From Octopus sinensis (taxonomy: Eukaryota), in NCBI RefSeq assembly GCF_006345805.1, contig NC_043008.1, forward strand, positions 34,968,001 to 35,032,000: a DNA stretch of 64,000 nt, read 5' to 3'. Both the position numbers and the translations under genes were made by a program. Below, piece by piece: positions 39,161-53,626 of the stretch. How positions within the stretch are numbered: position 1 is the first letter of the stretch; each line of letters opens with the position of its first letter. The notes under the pieces are model-generated. The model made no database searches, was not told where the DNA came from, and saw only the letters and a program-made list of their open reading frames with translations.

Positions 39161-40034
39161 GCGTGCATTTATGTGTATTAGAACATTTATGTGCATAAGT
39201 GTTGGTATGACTGTTCAAAGGAATTGAGTCAGATAATTCAGTCTACAATATCGAGTTTGAAATTCTTCCCAGTCGAGTATGTCATTAAAATTTAATACGC
39301 AGTAGAAATATGGCGCATAAATTCCTATGATGGCCATTCCTGGCTTAATTTAGGAAATATGGTAAATGGGAATTTCTAGCGTATGCTGTATATTTACACA
39401 AGCTAAAATACTTGAGCGTTGCCCGGAAAATACCTGACGTTTCCTGTTCCAATACATTTCCAGTCTCTACTTGAGATTTATTAATGACTACTCTTTCCGT
39501 CATCTTCGTTGCTGAAGTTCCGGAGAACAGTAGGTAGCAGGATCATTAGAAAATCGTATTAAATGTAGTAGTATTTAGTTAAGTCACTTAATGTTAGGAA
39601 TTCACATCACACAGGGTTTGATTCTTCTTTCATTCTTCTAAGGGTCGATAAAATAAGTCGTAAAGTTCATTCAAATCGACCAAACCTGCTTCCCTATAAA
39701 TATCTGGCTCTTTGCCAAAGCAAGTAACCATTATTAGTTACGAGTTGTCTTTATTATTTTATGCTTGTTACGCATTTCTTTTTTTTTAAAATTTTTATTT
39801 CGCTTCAATATTCGATGTTACCTGATTCAATTAGCGCAATAGTTAATGTTAGAAATCAAACTTCAGCTTGTATGGAAATATAAATTACGGAATGAAGTAA
39901 AAAGAACAACATACTGCTGACTTTGCTTCGAAGTGAAATGGCTATGAAAATGCATTGGTTTAAACTGAAAACTTTCGATACAATGAAAGCCACCAGCTCG
40001 ATAAATATTAACTGTTAATATACTTACATATATA

Positions 40035-40082
<48 letters not shown>

Positions 40083-40144
40083 ATGAATTATGAGATATTG
40101 ATATAAAGTATAAGATGTGGATATAGATATTGAAAAGATTGAGT

Positions 40145-40153
40145 ACTTACGCC
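40145..40153 (-). other. Candidate 5' splice donor 33 nt after the GPCR stop
   Basis: Minus strand GGC|GTAAGT, at the transition into AT-rich microsatellite DNA. Confidence 0.55.
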
Positions 40154-40183
40154 GTCAATATTTGCAGGATCGGTTTGAGCTGC

Positions 40184-41236
40184 CTAACCCGTACGTCTCT
40201 TCTTCTTGGTAATACACTCCAGGCAGCACAGAGCTTGATACCCACGTCGAATATCTCGATCACACAACCAAAGAATCGGATTTAGACCTGGATTAGCACT
40301 GTGTAACCATTTTGAAAGTAATGATTGGTGAATTATGTAGATATATCCTCGTGTACACTCCCCCGTTGGACAGATGGCTGCCACAAGACTTATGGTTCGC
40401 GTAATCATTTGCATAAGGAAAAAGAATACATCGACCAGAAGGAGAGCAACCATTGAGTTCAGTAATGAACCCCGGTCGTCCCTGTCTGGCGAGCAATGTG
40501 GACAGAGGAGTACTATGACAGCAATAAGCGTCAGTAGAAAGCTGATTACCACTAGGCCTGACGGAATGTAGCGAACTATCTGTGTCAAATGATGCATGTT
40601 GGTAGAGTCGTTAAGTTTACAACCAAACAACGAGCGATCATTTGCAAGGGGTAACGTGACATCTTGCATTATGACTTCAGGCAGTGTCATGGCCATACCT
40701 ACGACCCAAGGCATGAAAACCATGATGGCACCTATAGCGCGATGTACCGGATGGCGGTAAGTGTCCGGAGATATCAGACAGAAGAAGCGGTCAAGGTGTA
40801 TTTCGAGAAGGCAAAGAGGCAAAGCATCATTGAGGACCGACTTGGCAAAGGTGAATATTTTGCAAGTCAATTTATCAAAACGGTTTACACCTTGCACCTT
40901 CACGAACAAGGCATAGGCTAATATAACGACACCTGTGAAGATGCTGATTAGTGTCAAATTGACTAGATGTAATCGGAAAAGTTTTTTGTCTTTTGCCTTC
41001 ACACAACATAAGGCTAACAGCAGAACGAAGTTGAGCAAGCACACACAACCAGCTATAGAGCGATCTGTGATGATGACAGTATCTGAAGGTTGATCTGCAG
41101 TGTTGTCGAAAATGCTAAAAGGTCCATTGTCTTTGGTTTCATATTGTGGATCGTATCGATACCGATAGTCTAAATAGGTTTTGTTAAACCTAAACGGATA
41201 ATATGGAGGTGGTAGCGTCCGCCTTTGATAAGACAT
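40184..41236 (-). CDS. Divergent class A (rhodopsin-like) G protein-coupled receptor, 350 aa, orphan
   Basis: Uninterrupted complex ORF with 7 hydrophobic segments: TM1 N (LLNF), TM3 Cys (TCKIF) and LDRF, ICL2 P..Y, TM4 W (PWVVG..LP), ECL2 Cys, TM5 YIP, TM7 NPGLNPILW, helix 8 IRRGY, then CC. Confidence 0.9.
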   Translation of the reverse strand: MSYQRRTLPPPYYPFRFNKTYLDYRYRYDPQYETKDNGPFSIFDNTADQPSDTVIITDRSIAGCVCLLNFVLLLALCCVKAKDKKLFRLHLVNLTLISIFTGVVILAYALFVKVQGVNRFDKLTCKIFTFAKSVLNDALPLCLLEIHLDRFFCLISPDTYRHPVHRAIGAIMVFMPWVVGMAMTLPEVIMQDVTLPLANDRSLFGCKLNDSTNMHHLTQIVRYIPSGLVVISFLLTLIAVIVLLCPHCSPDRDDRGSLLNSMVALLLVDVFFFLMQMITRTISLVAAICPTGECTRGYIYIIHQSLLSKWLHSANPGLNPILWLCDRDIRRGYQALCCLECITKKKRRTG

Positions 41237-41262
41237 CTGAAAGTAAAGAAAAAGAAAGTTTG
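41237..41262 (-). other. 3' splice acceptor immediately before the GPCR ATG
   Basis: Minus strand aactttctttttctttactttcag|ATG. Confidence 0.75.
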
Positions 41263-41364
41263 TTTAATAACAAATACATAGAAACAGGTATTAATGAAAG
41301 AATTACATGAATATGTTTGTTTTAATTTAACATAATTATGTAATATATATATATATATTATATA

Positions 41365-41592
<228 letters not shown>

Positions 41593-41619
41593 ATATGTAT
41601 ATATATGATATATATGGTG

Positions 41620-41695
<76 letters not shown>

Positions 41696-41754
41696 CATAC
41701 ATATATATACATATATATCTCTATGCATACACATATGTATATATATATATATGT

Positions 41755-41979
41755 ATGTTTTTGTGTGCTTGGGTTTGTTCTCCCACCATCGCTTTGACAA
41801 CCGATGTTGGTGTGTTTATACTCCCGCAACTTAGCGGTTCGGTAAAAGAGACCGATAGAATAAGTACTAGGTTGCAAAGAATAAGTCCTGGGGTCGATTT
41901 GTTTGACAAAAAGGCGGTGCTCCAGCCTGGCCGCAGTCAAATGACTGAAATAGGCAAAAGAGTAAAAGAGTAAAAAAGA

Positions 41980-41980
<1 letters not shown>
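41755..41980 (+). mobile_element. SINE family A, 3' half
   Basis: Matches consensus. Confidence 0.88.
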
Positions 41981-41984
<4 letters not shown>

Positions 41985-42014
<30 letters not shown>

Positions 42015-42226
42015 TGTATGTATGTGTATGTATGTATGTATGTATGTATGTATGTATGTGTGTATGTATGGTTGTGTGTGTGTATGTATGTATGTATGTA
42101 TGTATGTGTATGTATGTATGTATGTATGAATGTATGTATGTATGTATGTATGTATGTATGTATGTATGAATGTATGTATGTAGTAGTATGTAGTGTATGT
42201 ATGTATGTATGTATGTATGTATGTAC

Positions 42227-42257
<31 letters not shown>

Positions 42258-42266
42258 TGTATGTAC

Positions 42267-42303
<37 letters not shown>

Positions 42304-42505
42304 ATGTATGTATGTATGTATGTATGTATGTATGTATGTATGTATGTATGTATGTACATATGTATGTATGTATGTATGTATGCATTGCATGCATGCATGT
42401 ATGTATGTATGTAGTATGTACGTATGTATGTATGTGTATGTATGTATGTATGTATGATGTATGTATGTATGTATGTATGTATGTATGTATGTATGATGTA
42501 TGTAC

Positions 42506-42536
<31 letters not shown>

Positions 42537-42690
42537 TGTTGTATGTATGTATGTATGTATGTATGTACATATGAGTATGTATGTATGTATGCATGCATGT
42601 ATGTATGTATGTATGTAGTATGTATGTATGTATGTATGTAGTATGTATATGTATGTATGTGATATGTATGTATGTATGTATGTATATGAT
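41985..42690. repeat. (TATG)n microsatellite tract
   Basis: Directly visible. Confidence 0.95.
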
Positions 42691-43189
42691 CTGCCATTCT
42701 TGACACAAATGCTGCCATTAAGAAAGAAAATCTCCCGTTTTAACGAAAATCATTCAGTAGTGAAAAGTATGATTTTAAACATTAGCTGTCATAATATATG
42801 TAATTTGTTTCCGACGGAAAAACACTTGAGTGACAAAAATTAAAATAACAAAGCGAGATCTTTTACAAGAAATCAATTGATTGACAGCCATGAGAAATTT
42901 AGCTTTTCTTTAACTACTTTTGTGAAGATAAATTCTTACTTAAGGAATGAAAATAGTTGTGATATTATATTTTGGATAGAAAATTGTCTGACGTCGTTGG
43001 TTCGAATGTGTTGGTAAAATTATTGCTTAACCTTAGGATCATTAGCTACGGCTATTCTTTCTTTTTGTATATCTAGTCTACATTGTCTAATGTGTCCTTC
43101 TGTTTTAAGATGAGAAGATGTAATTTGAGAAAGATTTAGCTACTATATCAAGCCGGTCTCCCTTCGTTACAAGTATATATTGATTTTAA

Positions 43190-43550
43190 ATCTATAACGC
43201 CATATTGGAGTTGAAAGTATAACGACATAGAGGAATCAGAAGTACAATATCATTGAATAAACAACATCATATTGAAGTTAACATTTAAGAAGGACATGCT
43301 GGAATGACAAACACAATTGAGTTAAATGTTTAACGCCATCTTAGGGTCGGATGCGCGAATTATACTGGAGTTTGGATGTGTAATGATAGATAGGAATCGG
43401 ATGAAAAACGTTACATTGGACTTAAATATGTAACACCATAGTGGAGTTGATTATAAAACGACATACTGGAGTTGAAAAAAAACCCTACGCTAGAGTTGAT
43501 TCTGTAACGTCAAGATGGAGTTGAATCCGTAACGCCATGCTGGAAGTGAG
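43190..43550. repeat. Degenerate ~25-bp minisatellite
   Basis: About 13 units approximating TAACGCCATACTGGAGTTGAATCTG. Confidence 0.75.
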
Positions 43551-44605
43551 TGTTCAGCGTTGTTAACAAATTTTATAAACTCTTTTCTAATTTTCTATTT
43601 ACTCTTTGAAAGTTGATAAAGGAACGGGATTGCTGAGAATGGAGAACCGATGAACTTTACGTTTGAAGCTATTTAATTCTTTACAAATAGAACCATAACA
43701 GCCACAATAATCTCTAATGCCATTAACGTTCTTTGGTGATCGATCACCTCCGAAGAAAATTGTCAAACACCCTACACGCACACACACACACACACACACA
43801 TACATACACACACACACATACATACACACACATGTGTATATATGTATAAATATATATGCATATATTTATATATATGTATACATATATATATAATATATAT
43901 GTGTATATACATGTATAGATATACATATATAAATATATATATTTATATGTATATATATATGATTTATATATATATATATATATATGATTTATATATGATT
44001 TATATATGATTTATATATGATTTATATATATGATTATATATATGATTTATATTATATATATATATATATAATATATATATATATAAAGAGAGAGAGAGAG
44101 AGAGAAACAGGAAGAAAGAGTGAGAGAAAGTTGTAGTGAAAGAGTATAGCTGGGTTCGCCACCACACCACTGCCGGAACATCATATAATAATATAAATAA
44201 TATACAAATATATGCATATATATGTACATACCTACATGTATATGCATATATACATGCATATATGGATACAGGATGTAAAAAAAAAAACGTGAGCAAAGTA
44301 AAAAACGAGAACATAATAGATATTCATCTTCTCCCAGAAAGAAGTTCTATCGAGAACTAGAGGTTCTTCGATACCACCAGCTGAGACCTGACAGGTGCTA
44401 AAACTCCGGGTCAGAGTAGACCTGGGAACATATTATAGCTAAGACGTGGTTTCACAGCCTTCAAAAGCCTGGAACACTCGTACCGGGGCCCTAAATACAT
44501 ACATACATATTCCTCACACACACATACATACATACGTAGGTAGTACGTACATACATACATACACACAAACATACGTGCATGCATACATACACATTCCCAT
44601 ATATG

Positions 44606-44637
<32 letters not shown>

Positions 44638-44639
44638 AT

Positions 44640-44675
<36 letters not shown>

Positions 44676-44691
44676 CGTATGAATATATGTA

Positions 44692-45001
44692 TGTCATTAT
44701 TCAGTTTATTTCAAGATTTCTTGCCAATAGAGAAAAAACTGGTTTCCAACCTAGATACAAGGCTCTTTCATTGGAATTTCAACATCAACAACAGGGTATT
44801 TTTGATTGTATGTATGTATGCATGTATGTATTTGCTGATTTGTATGTTTTATGTATGTATTCTCATGAATATAGTTGCATATCTTGACATGCTCATATAT
44901 ATTTATATGATAAAATTCTGGAAAGTTTTACAGATTTTTACAGTTCCATTGATGGATTGGATTTGTAGCTTTTGATTAGCTTTCTCCTTTCTGATTTTGC
45001 A
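44692..45001 (-). mobile_element. 3' end (ORF terminus + UTR) of an RLE-type LINE
   Basis: KSERRKLIKS/QIQSINGTVKICKTFQNFII*. Confidence 0.7.
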
Positions 45002-45479
45002 TGTATGTATGAATGTATGTATGTATGTATGTATGTTGTATGTATGTATGTATGTATGTATGTATGTATGTATGAATGTATGTATGTATATATGTATGCA
45101 TGTATGTATGTATATATATATACACTCACGTCACATATATATGTGTGTGCATGTGTGTTGTATGTATACGTGTGTTGTCTGTATGTGTGTTTTGTCTTAG
45201 TAGTCCCACTGTTTGTCAACCGGTATTGAATTGAGTTTGTTTACGTCCCCGTGAGCTAGTGACTGGGCAAAAGAAAACAATGTACAACAGCAGTCTTAAA
45301 AATTTTTCAAAGTGGTGTCACGGCATGGCCACAGTCCAATGACAGACGCCAGTAAAAGAATAGAAGAAAATAGAATAATGAATGATTTAATGCATTTTTG
45401 AAACGATTCAGTGAACTTTTTAAGACACTTTGCTCAATCCCAGTATTCTTTTTTTACTACTTCTATAATTTATTTTTAT

Positions 45480-45835
45480 ATTTTTATTTAAAAAATTATT
45501 TTAATAGAACGTGACATCTTCAATGTTTTTTTATAAAGAATTATGTTCATATTTGCTATAATTCGATTAATTGTTGATTCGTTCAACTGTTTCTTCGATT
45601 AATTGATTTTACATTTTTCATAAAAATATCTTAATAAAGCGTGACTCAATAATCTAGAAAAAAATGTTCCTATTTTCTCTAATTCAATTAAGTATTGATT
45701 CGTGCAATCGTTTTTTTCCATTAATTGTTTTTACATTTTTCATAAGAAAATATTTTAATAAAACGTGACGACATAATCCTTTAAAAAAAATTCTAATATT
45801 CGCTAAGATTGAATCGAGCGACTGCTTCTTCGACA
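45480..45835. repeat. Degenerate ~125-bp tandem repeat (3 units)
   Basis: ttaata.a.cgtgac at ~45500, 45630 and 45755, with shared ttgattcgt and tttacatttttcataa. Confidence 0.7.
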
Positions 45836-46464
45836 AACCTTGTTTCGATCGACTGTGTTCGGTCAACTGTCCTCGTATCACATAAAGAACACGATGGCCA
45901 TGATCTGCTTTTGTATAAGTCTGCACGGTCTGAGCCAACCTGCAGCGCGACGAATTGGCAGAGTTGCTACAGCGTCACATTACAAGCATTGCAGTTATCA
46001 CCTTGTCTCTCTGAGACCTGAGTTCATATCCTACCGGATGTCAACCTTGTCTTTCATTCATCCCTTCGAGGTCAATAAATAAAGTAACACCCCAGTACAG
46101 GCACTGATTCTTCTTTCAGTCTTTCTCGAGTGTATCTATGAATCAATGATCCAGCCTAGTCACCGTGTTACGCTATTTCTGCCTGACAGTTACGTTAAAG
46201 ATACAGATACACGTGGGTTTGTCCAATGCACAACTATTTAATTGTTGACTTCAAGAGTAGGAGTTAAGCTGGTCGAAAAACGGAATAGTCATCAAAGGCC
46301 GACGAAGAATCCACCATGTGCTGCAATATGAGCCGAAAAAGGTAGCATCTGCGTTGTCGTTCGACCTAGTAGAAATAGCAGCAAAATTTCTTTCAAATTA
46401 CACGCAGCCATCTTGAAAATAGGACACATTGGATGATATAGTTCAACACTCCAGAGTTTATTCT

Positions 46465-46850
46465 GTTATTCTTTTATTTGTTTCAGTCAATTCACTGCGT
46501 CCATGCGGCAGCACTACCTTTAGTCGAGCAAATCGACCCAAGGACTTATTCTTTGTAAGCCTAGTACTTATTCTATCAGTCTCTTTGGTCGAACCGCTTA
46601 TTTACGGGGATGTAAACACACCAGCATCGGTTGTCAAGCGATGGTGGGGGGACAAACACAAACACACACCTACACATATATACACGACGGGCTTCTTTCA
46701 GTTTCTGCCTACCAAATCCACTCACAAGGCTTTGGTCGGCCCGAGGCTATAGTAGAAGACACTTGCTCAAATTGCCACGCAGTGGGACTGAACCCGGAAC
46801 CATGTGGTTGGTAAGCAAGCTACTTACCACACAGCCACTCCTGCGCCTAT
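46465..46850 (-). mobile_element. SINE family A, full length, young
   Basis: Close to consensus throughout. Confidence 0.92.
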
Positions 46851-47174
46851 AGCCACTCCTATACATATTATTTTAAAAGTATTAAGGCTTATTGTTTCAT
46901 TCCAGTCTATTTGAAGCTAACGATGGAACTGTTGCCTGGTCATCTGATCTGCTAGATATTGCAGCTAAATTCCATTTGAAATCACACTTTAGAATCTTGA
47001 ATATAAAAGGCAGGAAACATTGGATTGATATTGTATTTTTAGATAAGATGGACTGTTACGGCTGGATAATGCAATTTAAAATATGTAAGGTGGGCGCAGG
47101 CCAGAATCGGAACATCTTTGGTGATAGGGGTCTTGTCATTTTGAGCAGTCCTGGAGCCCAATAACAGCAGCAGC

Positions 47175-47240
<66 letters not shown>

Positions 47241-47775
47241 AAGAAGGGTAACTAAAACGACAATATTTAATAGGAAAACATCATTTAATTTATTAGGAAA
47301 TTTCGTAATAAAAATGTAAATTGAGAGATTACTGTTTAAATATATTTAAAGAAATTTATGTAACATGGTTAAAAGATGGAAGATTGAGGAGAGAGGGTAG
47401 AAGACTAAACACAAGAATGATACCCTGACTGTGTATTTATGTATGTATGTATGTATGTATGTATGTATGTATGTATGTATATGTATGTATGTATGTAAGT
47501 AAGTATGTTTGTGGTTGTAGCTTTCTGAATGTGAAAAAAGGAAAAAGAATAAAAAGCCGGTAAAATGGTAAAAGAAAAATAGAGAGAGAAGGAAGAGAGA
47601 GAGAAAAAGAGGGAGAGATGGAATCGGCGAATAAAGAAAGCGAAGAGAAAGAAAGACTAAAAGAAGAATGAATGAAAAGAAGAAAAATGAAAAGGAAGAA
47701 GACGAAGTAAAGAAAAGATGAGCAAAAAGAGGAGGAGGGGGAAGAGAAAAAATAAAACTGAGAGTGGAAAAGACA

Positions 47776-47814
<39 letters not shown>

Positions 47815-48853
47815 GTATATATGTATATGTAAAAGTATATGTATATACACACATATACATATATTATATACATTCACACACACACACACATATATGTATA
47901 TATAATGAGAGAGAGAGAGAGAAAGAGAGAGATGGTGAGCAAGACATAAAAGAAGCATTGATTTAAATCCATGCTAAGAGATGTCAATATGAAGTAGAAG
48001 AAAGCTTTATCATTTGATGGTGATTGAAAGATATGCAGAGGCGATACAATATCATCAAAGATGTCAGCACTACATGTGTCTGTATGTGTGTATATGTATG
48101 TATGAATGCATATGTGTGTATGTGTGTGTGGGTTTGTATGTATGTATGTATGTATGTATGTATGTATGTATGTATGTATGTATGTATGTATGTATGTGTG
48201 TGTATATATGTGTATGTGGGTATGTTTGTATCCATGTAAGTATGTATGTACGTACGTATGTACATATGTACATATGTACATATGTATGTATGTAGATATC
48301 TGGTTTCGATATCTGTGGCATATTGTAGATAACAGCAATTGATAGCAATAGCATATTGCAAATAGCAACAGGAGAATCTAGTTCAATATTTGATGGCTAG
48401 AGGCAATTTATCAATCGATGTTCGTCTCTTTGATATTCTACTGGTTTAAGGATTGTCAATCTAAGAGCAAATGATGGATATTTCTATTTAAAAGAGGCAG
48501 AAAGCGGTAAAGAGATCGAGATAGACGGAGAGAGAGAGAAAGGTAAAAACAAAAGAGCGGTAGCGACGGAGTGGAAGAAAGGGCTGATGATAGAAAGTAA
48601 GTATACTTGTTAACGTGCACGGCTTCTTTATTTGCATACCTCCTCTATACTCTCCTTTTCATTTTACTCCACTTTCACAATAACCATGTCATTGTACCGA
48701 AGTCATAAATCAACGACCATTAATAATACACACATACACACACAGGCATATACACACGTGCAGATACACACATACACATTCATACATACATACATGCATA
48801 CATACATACACACATACATACATATGCACACACACACACACACATATATATAC

Positions 48854-48906
<53 letters not shown>

Positions 48907-49282
48907 ATACACATACGCATACACACACACACACACACGTGCGCACATATACACGTGTTCACATATACACTCTCTCGCACACAAACGCTCATGCCTAGCT
49001 ACACTTATTCAACTCCGAGTTTTCCTCCGTACAAAAATAAATATAGAATTTGAATTATGAACAGATGCAAAAATGCCCTACACATGAACACGGTCCTACT
49101 TACACCTTTTACTTGTTTATACGCCTAAACGTGCATACGCGCAAGCACGCACGCACACACACGCACATACGCCCACATACACGCGCGCGCGCACGCGTTC
49201 TACACCTGTTGAGATGAAGCGTGCAGTTATAGCAAATATTCTGAGAGAAGTCTTTTAGGTAACATGTTTATCCGCTTAAGCG

Positions 49283-49845
49283 TAGGCGCGGCTGTTTGGT
49301 GTACAACTCCATTGCCCAACCACATGGTTTCGGGTTCAGTCTGCTGCTGGCCATCTTGGGTAAATATCTTTTATTATAGTCCAGACGAGGCTTTGTAATA
49401 AGAATTTTGGTTCCTAACCACACGGTTTCGAGTTCATCTCACTACGTGGTACCTTGGTTAGGTGCCTTCTATTATAGCTCCGAACCGAACAAAGCCTTGT
49501 AACTGGATTTGGTAAGCGGAAACTGAAAGAAGCCCGTTATATTCTTAAGGGTGTATGTGTGTGTGTGTATGCGTTACCTCCACCACCGTTTGACAACCTG
49601 TGTTGGTATGTCTATGTTCCCGTAATTTAGCGGTCCGGCAAACGATACCGATAGAATAAGTACCAGATTTTAAAACAATATGTTCTGGGCTCGATTCGTT
49701 CGGCTAAAATTCTTCAAGGTAGTGCCCCAGCATGGCCGCATATGTGTGTTGTCTACTTAAAAAATAAGTACTTGGTCCAAACGATGGAGAAAACCCTCCA
49801 AAAGGATCACTCGGCATGGCCGCAGTCCATTGACGGAAGCAAATA
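49283..49845 (+). mobile_element. SINE family A, diverged, with partial duplications
   Basis: Two head segments and two gcatggccgca tail segments. Confidence 0.75.
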
Positions 49846-49907
49846 AGAGCTACTCTGTGTGTGTGTGTGTGCGTGTGTGTGCGTGTGTGTGTGTGTGTGT
49901 ATGTGTG

Positions 49908-49938
<31 letters not shown>

Positions 49939-50398
49939 ATGTGGTCATTTCAAAGTGTGCCGATAGGCGAGATTTGTAGCCGGGGTTGGGCGGATGCTGA
50001 GTCGATTGGGAAACTGGGTCACGGTGGGTCAAGGTGGGTCACAGTTTTATTAGAAGTGAAATCAACATTTTAGTGATTCCACATGCACTAAAAAGAAAAC
50101 TTTCTTGGATCACGTGGTTGGACATATATGCATGCATGTATGTATGTATGTATGTATGTATGTATGTATGTATGTATGTATGTATGCATGCATGCATGTA
50201 TGTATGTATCATGCGCTAAGTCGACCTCATGCACCTCACCCTCATTCCCCAGTCATTGTTGCGGTCTCTCACCTGTAACTCTTTACTAATCCCTTTTTCA
50301 CAGTTGTTCTTTTATAGAAACGAAACTCACCATGGTTCCTTCTAATTTACCTTCTGTTTATACGAAATAGCACAAATTAAAAAAAGTATATAAAAAAG

Positions 50399-50454
<56 letters not shown>

Positions 50455-50515
50455 CATACGTATAAATACATGTATATATATATGTATGTATGTATTATGT
50501 ATATATATATATGTG

Positions 50516-50571
<56 letters not shown>

Positions 50572-50652
50572 AATGTATGCATACATTATATGTGTATATA
50601 TATATATATATGTGTGTGGGTATATATATGTATCAGCAAATGCATGTATATA

Positions 50653-50705
<53 letters not shown>

Positions 50706-53510
50706 CACACATATATATACATATGTGTGTGTGTGTGTGTGAAAGAAAGAAAGAAAGAAAGAAAGAAATATAATGACATTTTTAAGCCAGAAAGAAAAAT
50801 AAAACGTATTAAAAAAATTGTAAGGAAAAAATTGTTTTGATTTCAATATTTTTTCTGAAAAAAAAAATTCTTTCTTTCTTTCGTTCTTTCTTTCTTTCTT
50901 TTTTCACCCCACCCCCCATCGTTTCTATCCCATTTATATTCTTTTAATGCAATCAGAGATTAAATAAGATGAAGGCTCTCTCTACCCCTACCCAAACAAT
51001 CTTCCGAGGAAGACAAAATCCTATCTTTAATTCTTCTCTTAATCGATTACTGAATATTTCTTGTGTATTGAAACGTTTAGAAAGGGTAAAATAAGCTGAT
51101 TCTGGGATTATTAAGCTGCGAGGATTAAGGGGAACATTAATCCGTCTGTCACAAAAATAACGTTAAACTTCTTTCCGTGTTTAAAGATTTAGTGATAACG
51201 ATGGCGATGGTTTCAATTTGACTTGTTGTTGTTGTTGTTGTTGATATTTTTATTCTTCATCACCTTTTACTTTAGCGCTTTCGTCTTTGTCACCGTCGCC
51301 CTTTTCACTTCAAGCTTCGTCATTGTCGTCGTCATCGTCTATCTTTCCCACCTCTTTCGTCTCCTTCACTTCACTGACGTCTTCCTCCTTTAGTTTCTTT
51401 ATTTCCTTCCTTTTTACTCTTTTACTCCTTTTCTTTTCTTTTTTTCTTTCTTCTCTCATCTCTTCTGTTATTCTCTGTCTTTTATTGAATTATAAAACAC
51501 TAACACATTAAAGACAGTCAATTATATTATTTGATTTCTCAGAGGACCCCCAAATAGGCTTCGGGTGTTGGCTCGATCCTAGTTTAACAGCTATATGAAA
51601 TAATTTCTGATATAATCCTAATATCACTTATTTGTGTGGGGGACTAAATAATAAGGGAAACTTTAAAAGATTGTACATAACCTTCATTTATGTGGTTAGT
51701 GAAGTCATTTAAGTGAAAAAACTACAGCCTGATATTAAAACTGACCAGTTGACTTCAAAACACAGAAGATTCTCTTAATCGTTTGTTGACAACTTTGTTT
51801 CATTTCACTTGTGACTATGTATATAATGTCTCGTTTCACGCTAAAAATGTCATGCTGCCTTTTATGGAATTAATGTTACATCTGTAATTAATTGATAGCC
51901 AAACAGTATTATGGTTATTGATAACATATATTTATTGCAAATATACAAATGAGAAATGTGTTTCTCTTTTTTTTTTAATGTTATTTTAATTTCATAAATA
52001 TTTTATATCGAAAATTGCTATTCACTTCATTATTTTGTATAAAAGCACCATGAAATCGGAAAAAAGTAAAATTATAATTATTGAGCCGATATAACATTAA
52101 TTGACTTTACAGTGGCAAAATGTCTATACCAACATTAAATCACTGTCACATGACGGTTAAATATTGCTTCTCGTTTTATCAGTGGACAACGGTACACTAG
52201 TGAATAATATTTGTTTGGCAATGATCTAAAACACAACCGAATCTTTCACGGCGCATTTCTGACGTCATTAGAGCAGATAATGGTTAATCAACTTTAAATT
52301 TTCCAGATGCAAGCAATTATTAAATTAAGTATTAAGTCAGAACAAATTTGTATATTTTAAAAACTAAATGCGGAGTTTGTTGTTGCTGTCTCCCCTTTGT
52401 TGTCCACGAACATGAAACAAGATGTCATTTGGGAGTACGGAAAGGAACAACTGGATGTGATATAATAATTTATGGTTGATTAGTCTGATGCAAGGAAAAA
52501 GCTCTGAAGCAAGTCTGGTCCATGCAATTTGCTAGAATAACAAGTTTCCTCTGTAGCTTAGTAGTTCTACTCTACTTGAAACAGACAGAACCTTTTGTAA
52601 TATTACTGCACCATTTTGGGCAGTATTATGCAACGATGATTGTGATGTTGTGATGGCGTGTATTGCGATGATGGTGGTTCTATTGTGATAGCAGTTTATC
52701 GCAGTACTTTTGTTAAGTCTTTTATTGTTTGTGCTAAAATTGCATGGTAAAACTATAGTCGTGGCGCTACATTAGAGAAGTGAAAACTAAAATACGTTCT
52801 GAAACAAATCTCGACACATTTCTTTGAATGAGACAAAGCCACGTTCTACTTTTGACAAACAAGTTATCAGAGAACAAAATCATTTTATTAATAATTTTTC
52901 ATTTCGATGCATTTGAAAATTATTAGTATTTCTCCTGTTAATAACGTCTATTGATAATCTTTTGTTATAGCGTTTAAATATTTCTGTAATGGTAAAATGA
53001 TTTTCTTTCATCTCCACATAATATTTCAGTTATTTGCATGAAAACAATACAGCCACCATGTTCCAAACCTTGTTTAAGAGGCGAATACACATTCTACAAC
53101 TTCCAGTTCTTTTTCTAAATGCTAAAACCAATAATTGTTTTCTAAAGTATTAACTATTCATCTGCAAGAACTAGAATCCTACCGATAAAATAAGTCTACT
53201 GAAACTTTATCGTCTAAATTCCAGCACTCAAATGCCAACAACAGATGCACTTAACTTTATCTTCAACGTCAGGTAACATTTTCTAGACGAATTGAAGCAG
53301 GCAGATTTACGTCCTTGCCCTGAGCCACAACTAAATGCCCGCAGTGGATTTGAACACAAAACAACGAACATACGGTTTATCTATTCGGACATTTTGTATC
53401 TATTTTGACAGTTCTGAAGATAAAAATTAACTTATCTAATGATAAGAAGTAACACTGAAAAGAAGGAAGCTTGAAATACACACACAAACATACACACTCT
53501 CACACACACA

Positions 53511-53563
<53 letters not shown>

Positions 53564-53581
53564 GCACACACAACACGCACA

Positions 53582-53626
<45 letters not shown>

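Noticed and set aside
40293-40921. Short alternative-frame and antisense ORFs over the GPCR
   Set aside because: Shadow ORFs of the real coding sequence
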